A DNA stretch of 64,000 bases from Hormiphora californensis (Eukaryota > Animalia > Ctenophora). Of this stretch, positions 24,289-64,000 are shown in pieces; the first letter of the stretch is position 1; every line of letters starts with the position of its first letter. Under the pieces are notes generated by a model. The model was not told the origin of the DNA. It did not search any database and saw only the letters and a program-made list of their open reading frames with translations. The stretch lies in assembly GCA_020137815.1 (NCBI GenBank), contig CM035356.1, positions 7,254,001 through 7,318,000 on the forward strand, in the 5' to 3' direction. The position numbers were made by a program, and so were the translations under genes.

Positions 24289-26727
24289 CTATTCAGCATC
24301 CTCCATTACAGTCTCCTCATCCCCTCCCCCAGAAACTGCAGAGGCACCATTATCATCATCAACCTCTTCCTTTTTAACACTCTCCCCCTTGACCTCATCA
24401 CCTCCAACCTCATCAACAACCTCATCTCCACCTCCCTCCTTCTTTTCTTCTTCGTCTTTCTTGTCGTCATCCCGTTTATCGTCAGGTGTCCTACTTCTGC
24501 TCCGTCGATCTCGGCTCCTCCTGTCACGAGATCTTGATCTACTGTCTCGTTTACCAGAGTTGCTCCTTGAACGTCGAGATCGCCTGAAAAGACGGGGTTA
24601 GTATTTCTGGGACACCCTGTAAGTACATTGTGTGTAAAATGGACACTTCCATCATGTACTGTGCACGCGCGGCCCAAAGCCATGTCACAGGGCGCGCCAT
24701 CATCTCCACAAATTGAGCTGGAGGGGTGCTAGTTGTACGGGGGATTGTTGCAAAATTGTCCCACTTTAGTACCTGGGTGATGGAGAGCGAGATTTTGGTT
24801 TGTCCTCGAATACCCTAACTCTGCGACCGTTTAACTTGGTATCATCCAGTTCTCGGACTGCTCGTTTCATCTCTTCACGAGTTCGGAAATCAGCAACTCT
24901 GAGGGATGGGATTTTAGTTAAATTATTAACCTCTTAGTAATTGGTTAATTAATTAGTTAGTTTTTAATTAGTTGCTAATTAGTTGCCATTTTGGAATGTG
25001 ATTCACTCACCCCTCTCCAGGTCTAAAACGATGAGCGTCTGCAAAGGTAACATCAGCAACCCGCCTAAAGAAATCCTTGAGATCCTGGAAAATATGGGAG
25101 CAGTGTGTTAGATTGAGTGAATGGAATAACTGGGAATAAAACCACGCATATTTCAACACACAAATTACCTTGAAAAGGGGGCGTGGGAACTAGATTGGAC
25201 TATTAATGGGACACCATGGGCCACCAACCAGAGAGAAGGGGACTTGGTTTGGGGCACCAGAGAGAACATATGATACAACGATCAGGCCAATCTCTCTCTG
25301 GGATCTCTGTTTGGACCATTGCCAGATTACCAGAAGTAACCAGAATTATAACCAAAGTGTGTGCCAATAACCAGAGGCCCAGAGAGCCACTCACGGCTAC
25401 GAATAGTGGATGTGGAGAGTTATAATAGATGGAGAAAGATAGAATCATAATGGAGATAGATAGATAGTAAGATTGAGAAAAGAAGAGGACCGGTCACATC
25501 ACGATTGCTCAGACGGGAATCAATTAGTGCACTGGGGCCATGTTATGCAGTTAATTGTCAGTTTTATTCCCTGTCAAGTTATTTCTGGCCGTGCTTGTGC
25601 CTTGTGGGTTAAGACATGCATAATAATACGAGATATGGATTTTGTGAGAGCTGACTGCTGTTGAGTGCTAATATACCAATCACACTTTACAGTTATAATG
25701 GTGAAATCAAACAACTATCGCATTGTTGCATAACACACTGACTAACTTACCCTCCAGTCGCAGGAAGAAGAGATCCCCTCCACGACACATCGGTACTTGG
25801 TGTTGAAGGGCCTATCAAACTGCCTGTGGGAGAGTGGGAGTGTTATGAGAGGGCAACCATGGTGACCGAAGAGAAAAGATTGGTGATAAATTCTATATCA
25901 AGTTCTGGAGAGTGTAAGATGGACAGAGAGTTACAATTATATTTTACACATGCCAATTAGTCAAGCTGGTACCCAATTGGGTACCCCGCTGTCCCCGCAC
26001 TTGTGCCGAGTGCCGACACAAATACCCCGCATCTCTTGTTATTTGAGACCTCGGGTGTAACATTTGTACAGCCTTAAACCTTATTAGTGACTTAAATCCC
26101 TAGATAGATGGAGGTGTACAAATAATGAGGCTTATTACACACTAAACTACCGGTTATAACATAACAAAGGATTTATTATTTAGTACTGCAATAACTTACG
26201 ATCTCATTCGAGGACCACCTCCTCCTCCTCCTCCACCCCCACGCCGATCATCCCTCCTCTCCGGTCTACCACCTTTGCAATGCTCAACCAGGACCCGCTC
26301 ACCCAGCAGCTCCCTACCATCAAGATCATACACTGCATCGTCGGCATCTCTGTGGTCATCAAAGTCCTGCAGGGGGGATGGGACGTGTCAAGGGGAGGAT
26401 TTAACATGGAACAGATATCAAAATAATAAGATCGGTCTCGAATAGAAGGGCGTGAAACAGTGGGCACTATCTACCATATTCTAATAATGGGCGGAGTGGG
26501 CTTGTGAGAATGATAAGAGAAGAAACACCTACCACAAAAGCGTATCCACTCTTGATATTGATATCGTTGACCCTGCCGTAATCCTTGAAAAACCTCTCCA
26601 GATCCTTTGTCCTTACATCGTAGTGTAGTTTACCAACATAGATCCTATTACGAAGGTCCCTGTCCCTGTCTCTATCCCTATCCCTCTCTCCACCCCGTTC
26701 ACTCCGGTCTCGATGATGGTCTGACAT
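24289..26727 (-). CDS. SR splicing factor, SRSF4/5/6 (B52/SRp55)-like (exons 26727-26533, 26366-26200, 25823-25751, 25085-25011, about 24897-24773, about 24583-24289)
   Basis: RRM1 (RIYVGKL...GYAFV|DFDDHRDADDAVYDLDGRELLGERV), Gly linker, pseudo-RRM (CDWR|DLKDFFR...TFADAH), RS domain and an acidic tail. Confidence 0.92.
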
Positions 26728-26881
26728 TATTAACTACTGGCCCAGTAGTACTGGGAATGGGAGTGTCGGTTAGTAATACGGTTTGGCAACATGGGTCTGG
26801 TCAACTGTCATATTATCGCCTCCAAGCGGCCCACCTCGGTAAACTCAAATAAAAGGGGAGGTCTGGCGCGAGGTGAACTGA

Positions 26882-27342
26882 AAATAATAATAATAATAAT
26901 AACTATGTTTGTATTCCGCCCATATCCGACAGGGACAGAGCAGTAGAACTGTTACTGTCACTGAAGGATGATCTGAACGGTTAACATACTTGAATAGACC
27001 TGCCGACTAATCCTTAATATTGCACAAAAAATGGTAAAGAAAAAAACAACGGCTCACATAACTATCGGAAACTGAAAACATAACAGACTGAGATAGAGTC
27101 CTGGAACTCTAAAAAGATGGTTTAAAAGTCCATTAGATAGAAAACACTCGTGCTATGAAAAAACCCAAAACGTGCTTCACACTTCTGCTCGCCACGAGCC
27201 AAAATACAGAGAAAATAAAACAGGTACCAGCTAGAGCACAAACCTCAGTAAGACGGAGAGAACACTCCTAGGACAATCAGGATTCACCGAAAGCCTCAAT
27301 GAAGAGACTAGTCTTGAGCTTAGACTTGAAAGAGTCCAATGA
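26882..27342 (-). mobile_element. 5'-truncated L2-like LINE 3' end
   Basis: ORF2 end LDSFKSKLKTSLFIEAFGES*, followed by a 3' UTR with GGGCGGAATACA and a (TAT)n tail. Confidence 0.75.
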
Positions 27343-27674
27343 AATGTAAATATAAAATATTCGACGAGCATGCGATGAGCATATTTTGGCTAAAAACGAA
27401 GAAATCGATGTTTCTGATGAAATATGTGCTTTTGAGTGATCTTCGATCGTAAACATTTGGAACTGGTTTGCAAGAGCCAAGACTTTTGGGCAATGCAACG
27501 AGGGAATTTGTGTGAGAAGGTCCATTTTCCCAACTGTTTAGTGTTCACACTTAACCCCCATCCTTTGGTGCACGGATTTGTTTTGTGCGAACATCAAAAA
27601 TATAAACACGCACACAGGGCGCTCTGGCCTCTACAGAGTACAGTGTAGAGTCTAAAGTCCGTTTCAAGCTACTT

Positions 27675-27981
27675 CAGGGGCGGCTCTGCCATGCGGACGA
27701 TGCGGACGCGTCCACATTTTTACTTTGGATCACGGAGAGGAAAAGAAAAAATTCAAGGAAAAGGGCCAATTTTTCTGAAAATTTGATGTTTCAAATGAGA
27801 TTTTTAGTGAAATCCGCGCGCCACACAGGTCTTTTTGCTGTCGCAGTACATTTAGATCGGCGCGCTACGTAAAAATAGCCAATGCGGACCATCCGCATTG
27901 GGTATTTCGACGGAACACGCGAAATAAAAATGTTTCGGCCGCATTTTGACCAGAGTGGCTAAAAGCCGCGCACCGCCCCTG
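27675..27981. mobile_element. hAT-like MITE
   Basis: CAGGGGCGG...CCGCCCCTG TIRs with a perfect 8-bp TSD, AGCTACTT. Confidence 0.9.
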
Positions 27982-28113
27982 AGCTACTTGACCCGTAATT
28001 CTTGGAATTTGGCGCATTGCGTGTGTATTTACAAGGGGAAATCCTGAATTTCCAGGAATCTCAGGTCAAGTCGTTTGAAACGCACTTTAAACCCCGCCGG
28101 GGCTCCGCCCCTG

Positions 28114-28582
28114 TATGGCGGCGCATTGACGCAAAATAAAAAAAAATAAAAACATGAAAAAAATAAAAAAACGTGTTTCAAAAAACATGTTTTTAAAAAA
28201 ACATTTTTTCGAAAATTTTGATTTTGCGTCAATGCGCCACGTAAGCCGGCTCAATGACGCAAAATCATGTTTTCGAACATTTTTATTTTGCGTCAATGCG
28301 CCACGTGGCCGGCGCATTGACGCAAAATCAAAATTTTCGGAAAAAAACATGTTTTCGAAAATGTTGATTTTGCGTCATTGAGCCGGCGACGTGGCGCATT
28401 AACACAAAATCAAAATGTTCGAAAACATGATTTTGCGTCATTGAGCCGGCTTACGTGGCGCATTGACGCAAAATCAAAATTTTCGAAAACATATTTTTTT
28501 AAAAACATGTTTTTTGAAACACGTTTTTTATTTTTTTTCACGTTTTTTTACTTTTTTGATTTTGCGTCAATGCGCCGCCATA
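28114..28582. mobile_element. Foldback MITE with internal nested ATTGACGCAAAAT palindromic repeats
   Basis: TATGGCGGCGCATTGACGC...GCGTCAATGCGCCGCCATA, flanked by a CCCCTG direct repeat. Confidence 0.75.
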
Positions 28583-28622
28583 CCCCTGTGCCTGGCTGCT
28601 CACGGTTTCGATAACAGACTAA

Positions 28623-28840
28623 AGTCGGATTTTTTGAAACTGTCACCCCCCTGGGTATTTTCAAATTTCGTAAACAACCATAAATCCGGTTCCTGACGAG
28701 ATAGAGACTTGAAATTTGGAGGTTACGAAGATCTTGCCAAGTTCTTCCGAACCTCCAAATTTCAAGTCTATCTTATCAGGAACCGGAGATATGGCAAATT
28801 TTGTTATTTCAGGGGGGTGACAGTTTCAAAAAATCCGACT
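28623..28840. mobile_element. Kolobok-like palindromic MITE
   Basis: (C)TAA|AGTCGGATTTTTTG...CAAAAAATCCGACT|TTAA. Confidence 0.65.
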
Positions 28841-29937
28841 TTAAATTTACTATGTGATACCAACCGGAAGCAGAGCAAGGGGACCGCGGAGTCAAGGTTG
28901 GCAAACGCTGCTGGCAGCGCGGGATAAGGCAGCGCTTTTCAAGAGTCAAGGAGTGAGGACCGGAAACAAATCAAAATTCTCCAAAAACGGCCATTTTGAA
29001 AATGGCACACTCGCGCAGTTTTTTCACTCCTTTCAAGTTTTTTGGCTGCGTCACTAAAAATATTACGGAGCGCTAAATGTGACGCGCAACAATTCTAATA
29101 ATTACACTGCATTTTGCGCGCGGCGTAATAACGAAGATTTTAAAAATTCAAAAATAAACCGGCCGAAACAAAAAATTCCTGACTGATTTTATTTTTCAGC
29201 ACACGTGTTCCTTGTTTTACAAGCCTTTTTCAGTACCCTGATGCCTCATCGCGGGGCTCTGTCCCCTACACTTCCGCAGGGGATGTGCCCTCGGCTCTGA
29301 TTCTGCGAGGTTTACCCCACTCACCCTGACCGTTGCGCCGGACACACAGGGACACGCTTCCGGCCCAGCTCTGTCCCTAGAATTTTTTCCCCTTCTTCGT
29401 GTGAAGTTGCTTACCATGAAATTGAGACTAAGACATAGTTTTCTGTGACAGTACTCCATTAAAGTTCAAAGGCCTCCAGTTCTCAGGCGACAACTGGTTA
29501 CACTGCCACGGTGACAGTTGACACACAGCTCAGGGGACCCAGGCCCCAGTCAGGGGACCCACAAAATACAAATCCACAATAAGCAATAAACCCAACCATT
29601 AGCACCCTTATCGCCGTTATTAGCGCCGTTATTTACATAAAATGCTGATTTATTTTAACTCAATGACATCTCGCTTGGTGGTCATTCGCCAATCTATCTT
29701 AAACTCAATATACCTTACTCTCTTTAATTAAGCTCGCATATTTCAAGAAACTTTTAAATAAGAAACTTTTTTCTAGGAAACTACAGGTGTGAACAATCCA
29801 AAAACAAAAAGAATTTCTCCTTTATCAAGAAACTAAACAAGTTAGGGGTGTTCTATTTTGTTGTGGTGTCTCTGAAATATGTGATTCACATTTAAAAAGT
29901 TTCTTATAAAAAAGTTTCTTTTTATATATATATATTG

Positions 29938-30920
29938 AGTTCATTATCTACATTACCGATCTGGTATCAGGAACGACCGGAAAACTTGGAACTTTCGCTG
30001 ATGATACCAAGATTGGTCAAGATATCAGGGACCTGAACGATAGGGACAGCCTCCAGAGAGACTTGAACTTGATAGAGGAGTGGAGCCGGAAGAACAACAT
30101 GGCTCTCCACGAGAAAAAGTTTCAGGTCCTGAATTACAGGTTAAACTCCACGAAGCCACTGAGAGATCTACCTTTCAATGCTGAATGCTATTTCTACTTC
30201 AACCCGAACGGAGATATCATCGAAGCAGAATTCGGAGTAAAAGACCTTGGGATATACCTGACAGAGGATGGAAAGTTCGATTTCCACATCGCAACCATCG
30301 CAACAGAGGCCAAGAGGATCGCTGGATGGGCCCTCGGAGTGTTCAGAAACCGGTCGAAACGAACGATGATAACACTTTTCAAGGCATTGGTCAGGCCAAA
30401 GCTAGAATACTGTTCGGCTCTCTGGTCTCCCACGACGATTGGTAACATCGCTAAGCTCGAGGGAGTCCAGAGATTCTTTACGCGGCGGATCGAGGAGTGC
30501 ATCGGGATGGACTACTGGGAGAGGCTCAAGTTCCTGGGGATCCAGTCACTTCAACGGCGACGGGAGCGATTCATGATAATCCATCTCTGGAAAGTATATC
30601 ATGGACTCGTCCCGAACCATACCACCAGGCCCGTGGACGAGTCATTCAAGGTTCATCCACGGCGAGGTCTCCTAGCTGAATACCCGGACCTTTACACTTC
30701 GGCCCAAGATTCAATTGAGACCATCAGGGAAGGATCATTCTCAGTGAGGTCAGTCAAGCTCTTCAATAGGATGCCGAAAGAAGTTCGAAGATGCGAAACA
30801 CTAGAGGATCTCAAAGTTTCTCTCGGCAAGTTCCTGGATGGTATACCTGATCACCCTCCAGTTCGGGGCTACAGGAGTCCCAACGACAACTCATTGGTTA
30901 CACTGCTCCCCCCTGGGTAG
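29938..30920 (+). mobile_element. 5'-truncated CR1-group LINE, reverse transcriptase C-terminal fragment
   Basis: FIIYITDL...FADDTKIG, KDLGI, RPKLEYCSALWSP, LEGVQRFFTR and YWERLKFLGIQSLQRRR motifs. Confidence 0.9.
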
Positions 30921-31867
30921 TGTATGTTGGTCACTGCATCATTCACATCATTGTACGTAGAAGCATCATGCTGAGAACGTGGTATATTTGTCTTTATGCA
31001 TTGTATGCCGAATCTAATTTTGTAAACTTGTAAACTTGTTACTAAAGCGTTTCTTAAAAAATGGGAGTAAGGTATCTCCAACAGTCCCCAATTTAATCGT
31101 TGTTGTAACCCCATCATGTTATAGCTATCTAGGTATTGGTGATGTAATAAGTGAGGAGAACAGAACCGAGACCATGTCGTGAAAGACTCGAAGGAAAAAC
31201 ACCTAACATCATCAGCAGTGGGTTAGTTTCTACATACATAGTTTTCACTTCTTGTCTCTTGATGTGACATGATGGTCACTTTCACTGTTTCACTGTGTGT
31301 GCAATGGACTGTTCACTGCATGTGTTTATGTCAGCAATTGTTTGACACCCCCAATCAAGAATTAAAACCCCACACAATCACACCACTGCATTCACTATCA
31401 TCTTATTAGAAGCATGGTAACAAAAGCATCATCTCACTGATTTCTCTTATCTCTCTCTCTAGATCTTTCTCTATCGTTCTCTATAAATTTTCCATCCCAC
31501 CCACTCTCTCCCTAACCCCACTCTCTCCCTCACTCTATTCTATCTCCACCCGATCCTTGGCCTTGTTAGTAGCGCCACGACATTATATTGCATCTTTATA
31601 CTCTGTTGCAACCATTATGTGTATAACGATCATGCTATAATCAGCTTGATGCAAAGGAAAGGAGCTTGATACAACTCTCGTCTCGAGGGGTGGGGGGAGG
31701 GTGAGAGGGCCCTCTGCCATGAATACTTTTGCTTGTTCATTAACATCAAGCATATAATCGAGTCTTATTTTCACCCATAATATATCGTTTGTGCTTTTCA
31801 TCACTTCTTCTAGTGTGATATCCCCACTGTTCCAAAATGACTAAAACCTCACCATAATCCTGATATA

Positions 31868-32206
31868 TTAGGTAAAGAAGGAGTGACGTGAGAGTGAGAT
31901 GGGAGGTAGCCAACCCCCCTCTCTCCCTCACCCCCTCTCTCCCTCACCCCCTCTCTCCCTCACCCCCTCTCTCCCTCACCCCCTCTATCTGTTAGGTAAA
32001 GAAGGAGCGACGTGAGAGAGATGGGAGGCAGCCAACCCCACTCTCTCCCTCACCCCCTCTCTCCCTCACCCCCTCTCTCCCTCACCCCCTCTCTCCCTCA
32101 CCCCCTCTCTCCCTCACCCCCTCTCCCCCTCACCCACTCTCTCCCTCACCCCCTCTCTCCCTCACCCCCTCTATCTGTTAGGTAAAGAAGGAGCGACGTG
32201 AGAGAG

Positions 32207-32220
<14 letters not shown>
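31868..32220 (+). repeat. Triplicated acceptor/start-codon segment of the MSK gene interleaved with CCCCTCTCTCCCTCAC repeats
   Basis: TTAG|GTAAAGAAGGAG(C/T)GACGTGAGAG(A/T)GATGGG occurs three times, at about 31868, 31992 and 32178. Confidence 0.8.
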
Positions 32221-42914
<10,694 letters not shown>

Positions 42915-43229
42915 ATTGGGAGTTCAAGCTAATATATTACATTTGAAAATTATACCCAGCCAGTGATCACATCTCTTGAGGTTGTATATAATATCAGTAG
43001 TAGGGATATTGACAGTTTAAACTATATCCTATCATTATATTACACACTTGTGTGGGATTGTTATCGAACAGTCCTGGCGACGTCACGCTATGACGTCACA
43101 GAGTTAACAATCAGTGGCTACACATATCTGAATATAATCAGTGTACTATGCGATGTTAAAATGTTACACTGCTATAATACCTGCTACAATGTCACATTGC
43201 TTCAATGTTACAGTCTTAACTCTTACCTA

Positions 43230-43485
43230 TACAACAAAAATGTTACCATGGTTACCATGGTACATGCATTGTTACCATGTTATGTTACCATGGTTACCAT
43301 GTTATGTTATCATGGTTACCATGTTACATGCAATGTTATCATGGCTACAATGTTATGTTACCATGGTTACCATGTTATGTTACCATGGTTGCCATGTTAC
43401 ACGCAATGTTATCATGTTATGTTACCATGGTTACCATGTTATGTTACCATGTTACACGCAATGTTACTATGGTTACCATGCTATG
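43230..43485. repeat. GTTACCATG/GTTAT minisatellite downstream of the MSK stop codon
   Basis: Degenerate tandem 5-9-bp units. Confidence 0.85.
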
Positions 43486-43903
43486 TGCTGTTTATTCCAC
43501 GACAAACATAACACGGCTCTTTGATACTTATATATGTGGTTTGCTATGATTATTTTTACTATTTTCTAGCGTAAAACGAAATATGTATTCTTTAATTTGT
43601 TTGTTTGTTTGTTTGTCCGTTTGTTTGTTTGTTTGTTTGTTTGTCATTTTGTGGTGGAAGATTAACAATGATCACGATGAATTATAACTACTGTCATTGG
43701 GCCTGATGTCCCCATTTCTTTCTCTCTCTACTAGCTATATTTCTCTCTATCTCTCTCAAATGCATCATCGGCACGATCACTAAATCGTACACCCAAACAC
43801 AGGAAATATGTGCTACTGTCATTGGTAGACTGTAGCTCTATGTAAATCCTGTCCAATTTAGAAGACTCCATCATCCCCAATCTATCTCTCTATCTTTTTT
43901 TCA

Positions 43904-43949
<46 letters not shown>

Positions 43950-44434
43950 CCTCTCTCTCTATCTCTCTCTCTCACTCTCTCTATCTTTTTTCAGTTCTCT
44001 CACTATCTTTTTTTAATTCTCAGCTCTATATTGGCAGTTCATCTCTCTTTTTTCAACTTATCTCTCTTATTACTCCCTTTCTCTCTCTCTCTCCACTATC
44101 TATATATCGCTCACCCCACCGCTCTCGATCTAATCAATCTCTCAGTGCTACAATTACAGAGATGCGAGTGGCATTTTTCCGGTCATTTTTCTACCAATAC
44201 TCGCTTTCTTCTAGCCACGGTGCGTCGACAAACTTTAAAAAGCCTCTAAACAATACAGTAATATTGTCTAAATATAGTCCAAATGTTGCCCGTTCCAGAT
44301 TGATCCCAAGATATGATTTTAGAAAGACTTGGCAATTGAAACTTTGAAGAAGAACAAAACCCGTGACATGAACAAGTGCATGAACGTTACACATGTGCGA
44401 TAATATAGTGCAATTCCTTTGCAGTAGTTAGGCT

Positions 44435-44550
<116 letters not shown>

Positions 44551-45033
44551 CATGTCTCTCTCGCTCGCTCTATTCTTGCATACGGGTGAGTCGATAGTCT
44601 AAAAATCGGTTACATTTCCCCAAAATAACCTCCGCCATGTGTTGAGCCTTCAATCCTGGCGCTGCCTCATCCCCATCATGCTGTTGGCTCTTGAGCTACC
44701 ACCCTTTTTTTAGTTCTTTGGTATGTTTGTAGCTTCTTCCCGCTAGTCTTCCGCTTTCCTGTTCCACATTGTTGAGAAAGGGGTGACCCCTTACTGAATA
44801 TGTTCTAGAATGACCAATATCACTCTTTCCTATGCTATAGATCATCAAACTCCCCTTTCAAACTCCTCTTTCTACTTGAATGTAGTTTGCCAAACTCTAG
44901 TTTTCTCGGCCATACACAAACCCTCTGTCAGATAGTAGATACGATCCAAACAGCACGAACCACACTTTGACTAATAAACCCTCAGCCCTGTTTTAGTGAA
45001 TCTGCTGTACTACAACTTGTAGAAAGAGAGACA

Positions 45034-61524
<16,491 letters not shown>

Positions 61525-61554
<30 letters not shown>

Positions 61555-61745
61555 GGGAGAGACGTGGGGATGGTGGTGGGAGACAACCTGTTTCACCATA
61601 TTGAGAGAGAGACGGGGTGGTGGTGGTGGTGGGAGACAACCTGTTTCCCCGTATTGAGAGAGAGACGGGGTGGTGGTGGTGGTGGGAGACAACCTGTTTC
61701 CCCGTATTGAGAGAGACGGGGTGGTGCTAGTGGTGGTGGGGAGAG
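61525..61745 (+). repeat. Tandem repeat of the SVOP-like stop-codon region (4 units)
   Basis: GTGGGAGACAACCTGTTTC(A/C)CC(A/G)TATTGAG repeated. Confidence 0.85.
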
Positions 61746-63634
61746 GTTGAAGTGAGTAGGTTGAAGTGTGTTAGAGACTCTTGGACTTTTAGAAATTATT
61801 ATGATGCTGTTTCATAAACAAATGCAATTAAATTTTAATAAGGAATATAAGAGACAAATGACTTAGTTGTGCGAACCGTTGTTGAGAAGAGAACCGTGTC
61901 TCTCAGTCATAGGCTAGGAGTTGTCTGAAACTGAAAGGATAGGAGATAGTGATAGAGGTGTGTTTTTGTTTTGCAGTTTGCTATTATTTGATTTTGAATT
62001 TGATGTTGAATGTTTGCTTTATTTCAGTTATAAAGATTTCAAACTCAGACTATCAATTACTGAATAACTTGACAATGAACGCCATATTGTACAGGATGTC
62101 CCACCAGTTTGTGAGGGCGTACGGCCAGATAACCTGGAAATGTCGGTTTAATACAATGTTTGTAGCGCGCGAAGTTCTTTCAAATAAAGGGCCAAATAGA
62201 TCCGCGCCGCGCGCTCAACTGTAGCTATTTTATTTTTTTATTTAAATTTGTCATTTTCCAAGATGGCCGTTTTCACTTGGCATGCGCTGCAGACCCCAAG
62301 TGCGCGCGTTTTCCACGGCTTTGAGGGCCTGTAGCATAGGCCAACGTTTTCACTTTAAAACTTTTTTAATTCTTTTCTACAATTTTCACTAACTGTTAAC
62401 ATGCTAGAAAATGCACTTTGGCCATTATGTAAATGTAATATAATCATTTATATATACCACTTTATAGTGTAAAATAATGGAGCACGCACCAACAGCCTAC
62501 GCTTGACATACTCTCTCACTTTCAAAAGTGGTACAGATACAAAACACGAGCATAACAAAACACGAACATACAAACACGAACATAAACACGAACATACAAA
62601 TCACGAAAATACAAATCACGAACATATACCACGAACATTCAAAACACGATCATAACAGTTACTAGAACATCGGGACAAATAAATAGACCAACAAATCAAC
62701 CCACCGACAAATAAATAGACCAACTAATCAACCCACCGACAGACCACCAAAGTCAAACAAACTGTACAAATAATGCAAACAATAATTAAATAAATTAGCT
62801 GTCCTTCAAACATGCAGTCCTTGAGAGTATGTATTTCGATACAGAGTTTTTTCGGTGGATATTATTGTCTGGACATACAAGGCATAGTTTTTTATCGAGA
62901 AAAACGTTTAAAACGGAGTGTATGGTCTTCACTCTTCTTTCTTCGGCCTCTCTCAGCCAGTCTGCAACCTCATCTACTCAACTCTACACAAACTCGAAAG
63001 GCCAAGATACGTTTAAACAAAACACACACAAAGAATCTAAAATACTCTGTCATGGGTGGTCCCTCTACTAAGTCTCAGGTAGATGTAGGAAGGAATGTAG
63101 ATGTAGGAAGGAGTGTATAGTAGGTGTAGTAGGACATAGGTATAGTGGGATGGAAGGGAGTGGAAGTCTGGAATTTGGACTAGTGCATAAGCCATTAGGG
63201 CGTGGTGGCAATGAATACCGAATAGTGATAGGTGAGACAGGACACGGGAACCCAGGAAAGGACCAAGCAAGGGAGGCAGACCATGTGTAGTCCCAACTGA
63301 AGCCAGACAAGAGATAAGCAATTTGGAGAATTAGAAGCTGTAGCCTGGAGGAGGACAAGGATACACTGCACAACTTAATGGAAAAATGTGCCCTGGAAAG
63401 GATGAGGGTGTGCAGGTGCTGGAAAGATGGTGCTGTGCAGACGCCAGACATACCAAAATGACCCAGGAAAGCAAGGAAGCAAGTAGAAACCAAGGAAAAC
63501 CAGTAGTAACCATAGGAACCCAGTAGAAACCCAGGAAAACCAGTAGTAGCCATTATAGGAACTCAGAACCCAGGATGTAGAAATAAGAGGGAAACTCAGA
63601 AGACAGGTAGATTTCAATAACCGACTAACCACTT

Positions 63635-64000
63635 CTAAGAACAACCGAAACTTTCAATGAATAGATGATGTTTCAGGTACTTTTTGAACTCTGCAACAGA
63701 GGCTGATTCTCTTAGGAGTCGTGGTAGACTGTTCCATACGACTGGACCAGCTATAGAGATACCACGTTTAGTAACATTGTGTCGAAGCTTGAGGCTACAG
63801 TGTATTTTCTCTTCCAACAGGGTACTATCGTCGTCCGCTCTTAGTCCAATCTGTTTTCTCTGCCTCATTCCAACATCATCCTTCAAGTATTCTGGAGTCT
63901 GACCATGAACTACATTGTACATCAAGAGAGCGATTTTATATCGAATCCTCGCATAAATAGGTAAAAAGTGGAGTTCCTTGCTTAGTGCTGTTATTCCCCT
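63635..64000 (-). mobile_element. L2-like LINE ORF2 C-terminus (continues beyond the window; the 3' UTR may extend to about 62430)
   Basis: LHFLPIYARIRYKIALLMYNVVHGQTPEYL...AGPVVWNSLP...FKKYLKHHLF. Confidence 0.85.

Noticed and set aside
42963-43549. Cys/His-rich ORFs (MLCYHGYHV...)
   Set aside because: They are translations of the GTTACCATG minisatellite.

Overview
Eukaryotic, intron-rich genomic DNA, most likely from a pleurobrachiid ctenophore. That call rests on a copy of the ctenophore spliced-leader (SL) exon at 49325-49361, matched to the published sequence from memory. Six host genes can be assembled by hand: the 3' end of a GT31 beta-1,3-galactosyltransferase (+); a small type II membrane protein with one Sushi/CCP-like domain (-); an uncharacterised multi-exon gene (-); an SRSF4/5/6-like SR protein (-); an MSK/RPS6KA5-like double kinase (+); and an SVOP/SV2-like MFS transporter (+). 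Introns and intergenic DNA are packed with palindromic non-autonomous DNA transposons (Chapaev-, Tc1/mariner-, hAT-, Kolobok-, Academ-like and poly-G-ended), a tandem Helitron pair, L2/CR1 LINEs and (GA)n microsatellites. Three observations stand out. (1) The Sushi gene appears to have five unrelated ATG-initiated first coding exons, all ending in phase 2 and all compatible with one constant TM+Sushi cassette, so it would have a variable cytoplasmic tail on a constant ectodomain. (2) A full-length L2-like LINE begins with the SL exon, implying it was retrotransposed from a trans-spliced RNA; its ATG-less ORF2 overlaps ORF1 in the -1 frame across a slippery G GGA AAA AAC. (3) Tandem duplications are repeatedly centred on splice sites. 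All gene models are manual and lack transcript support.
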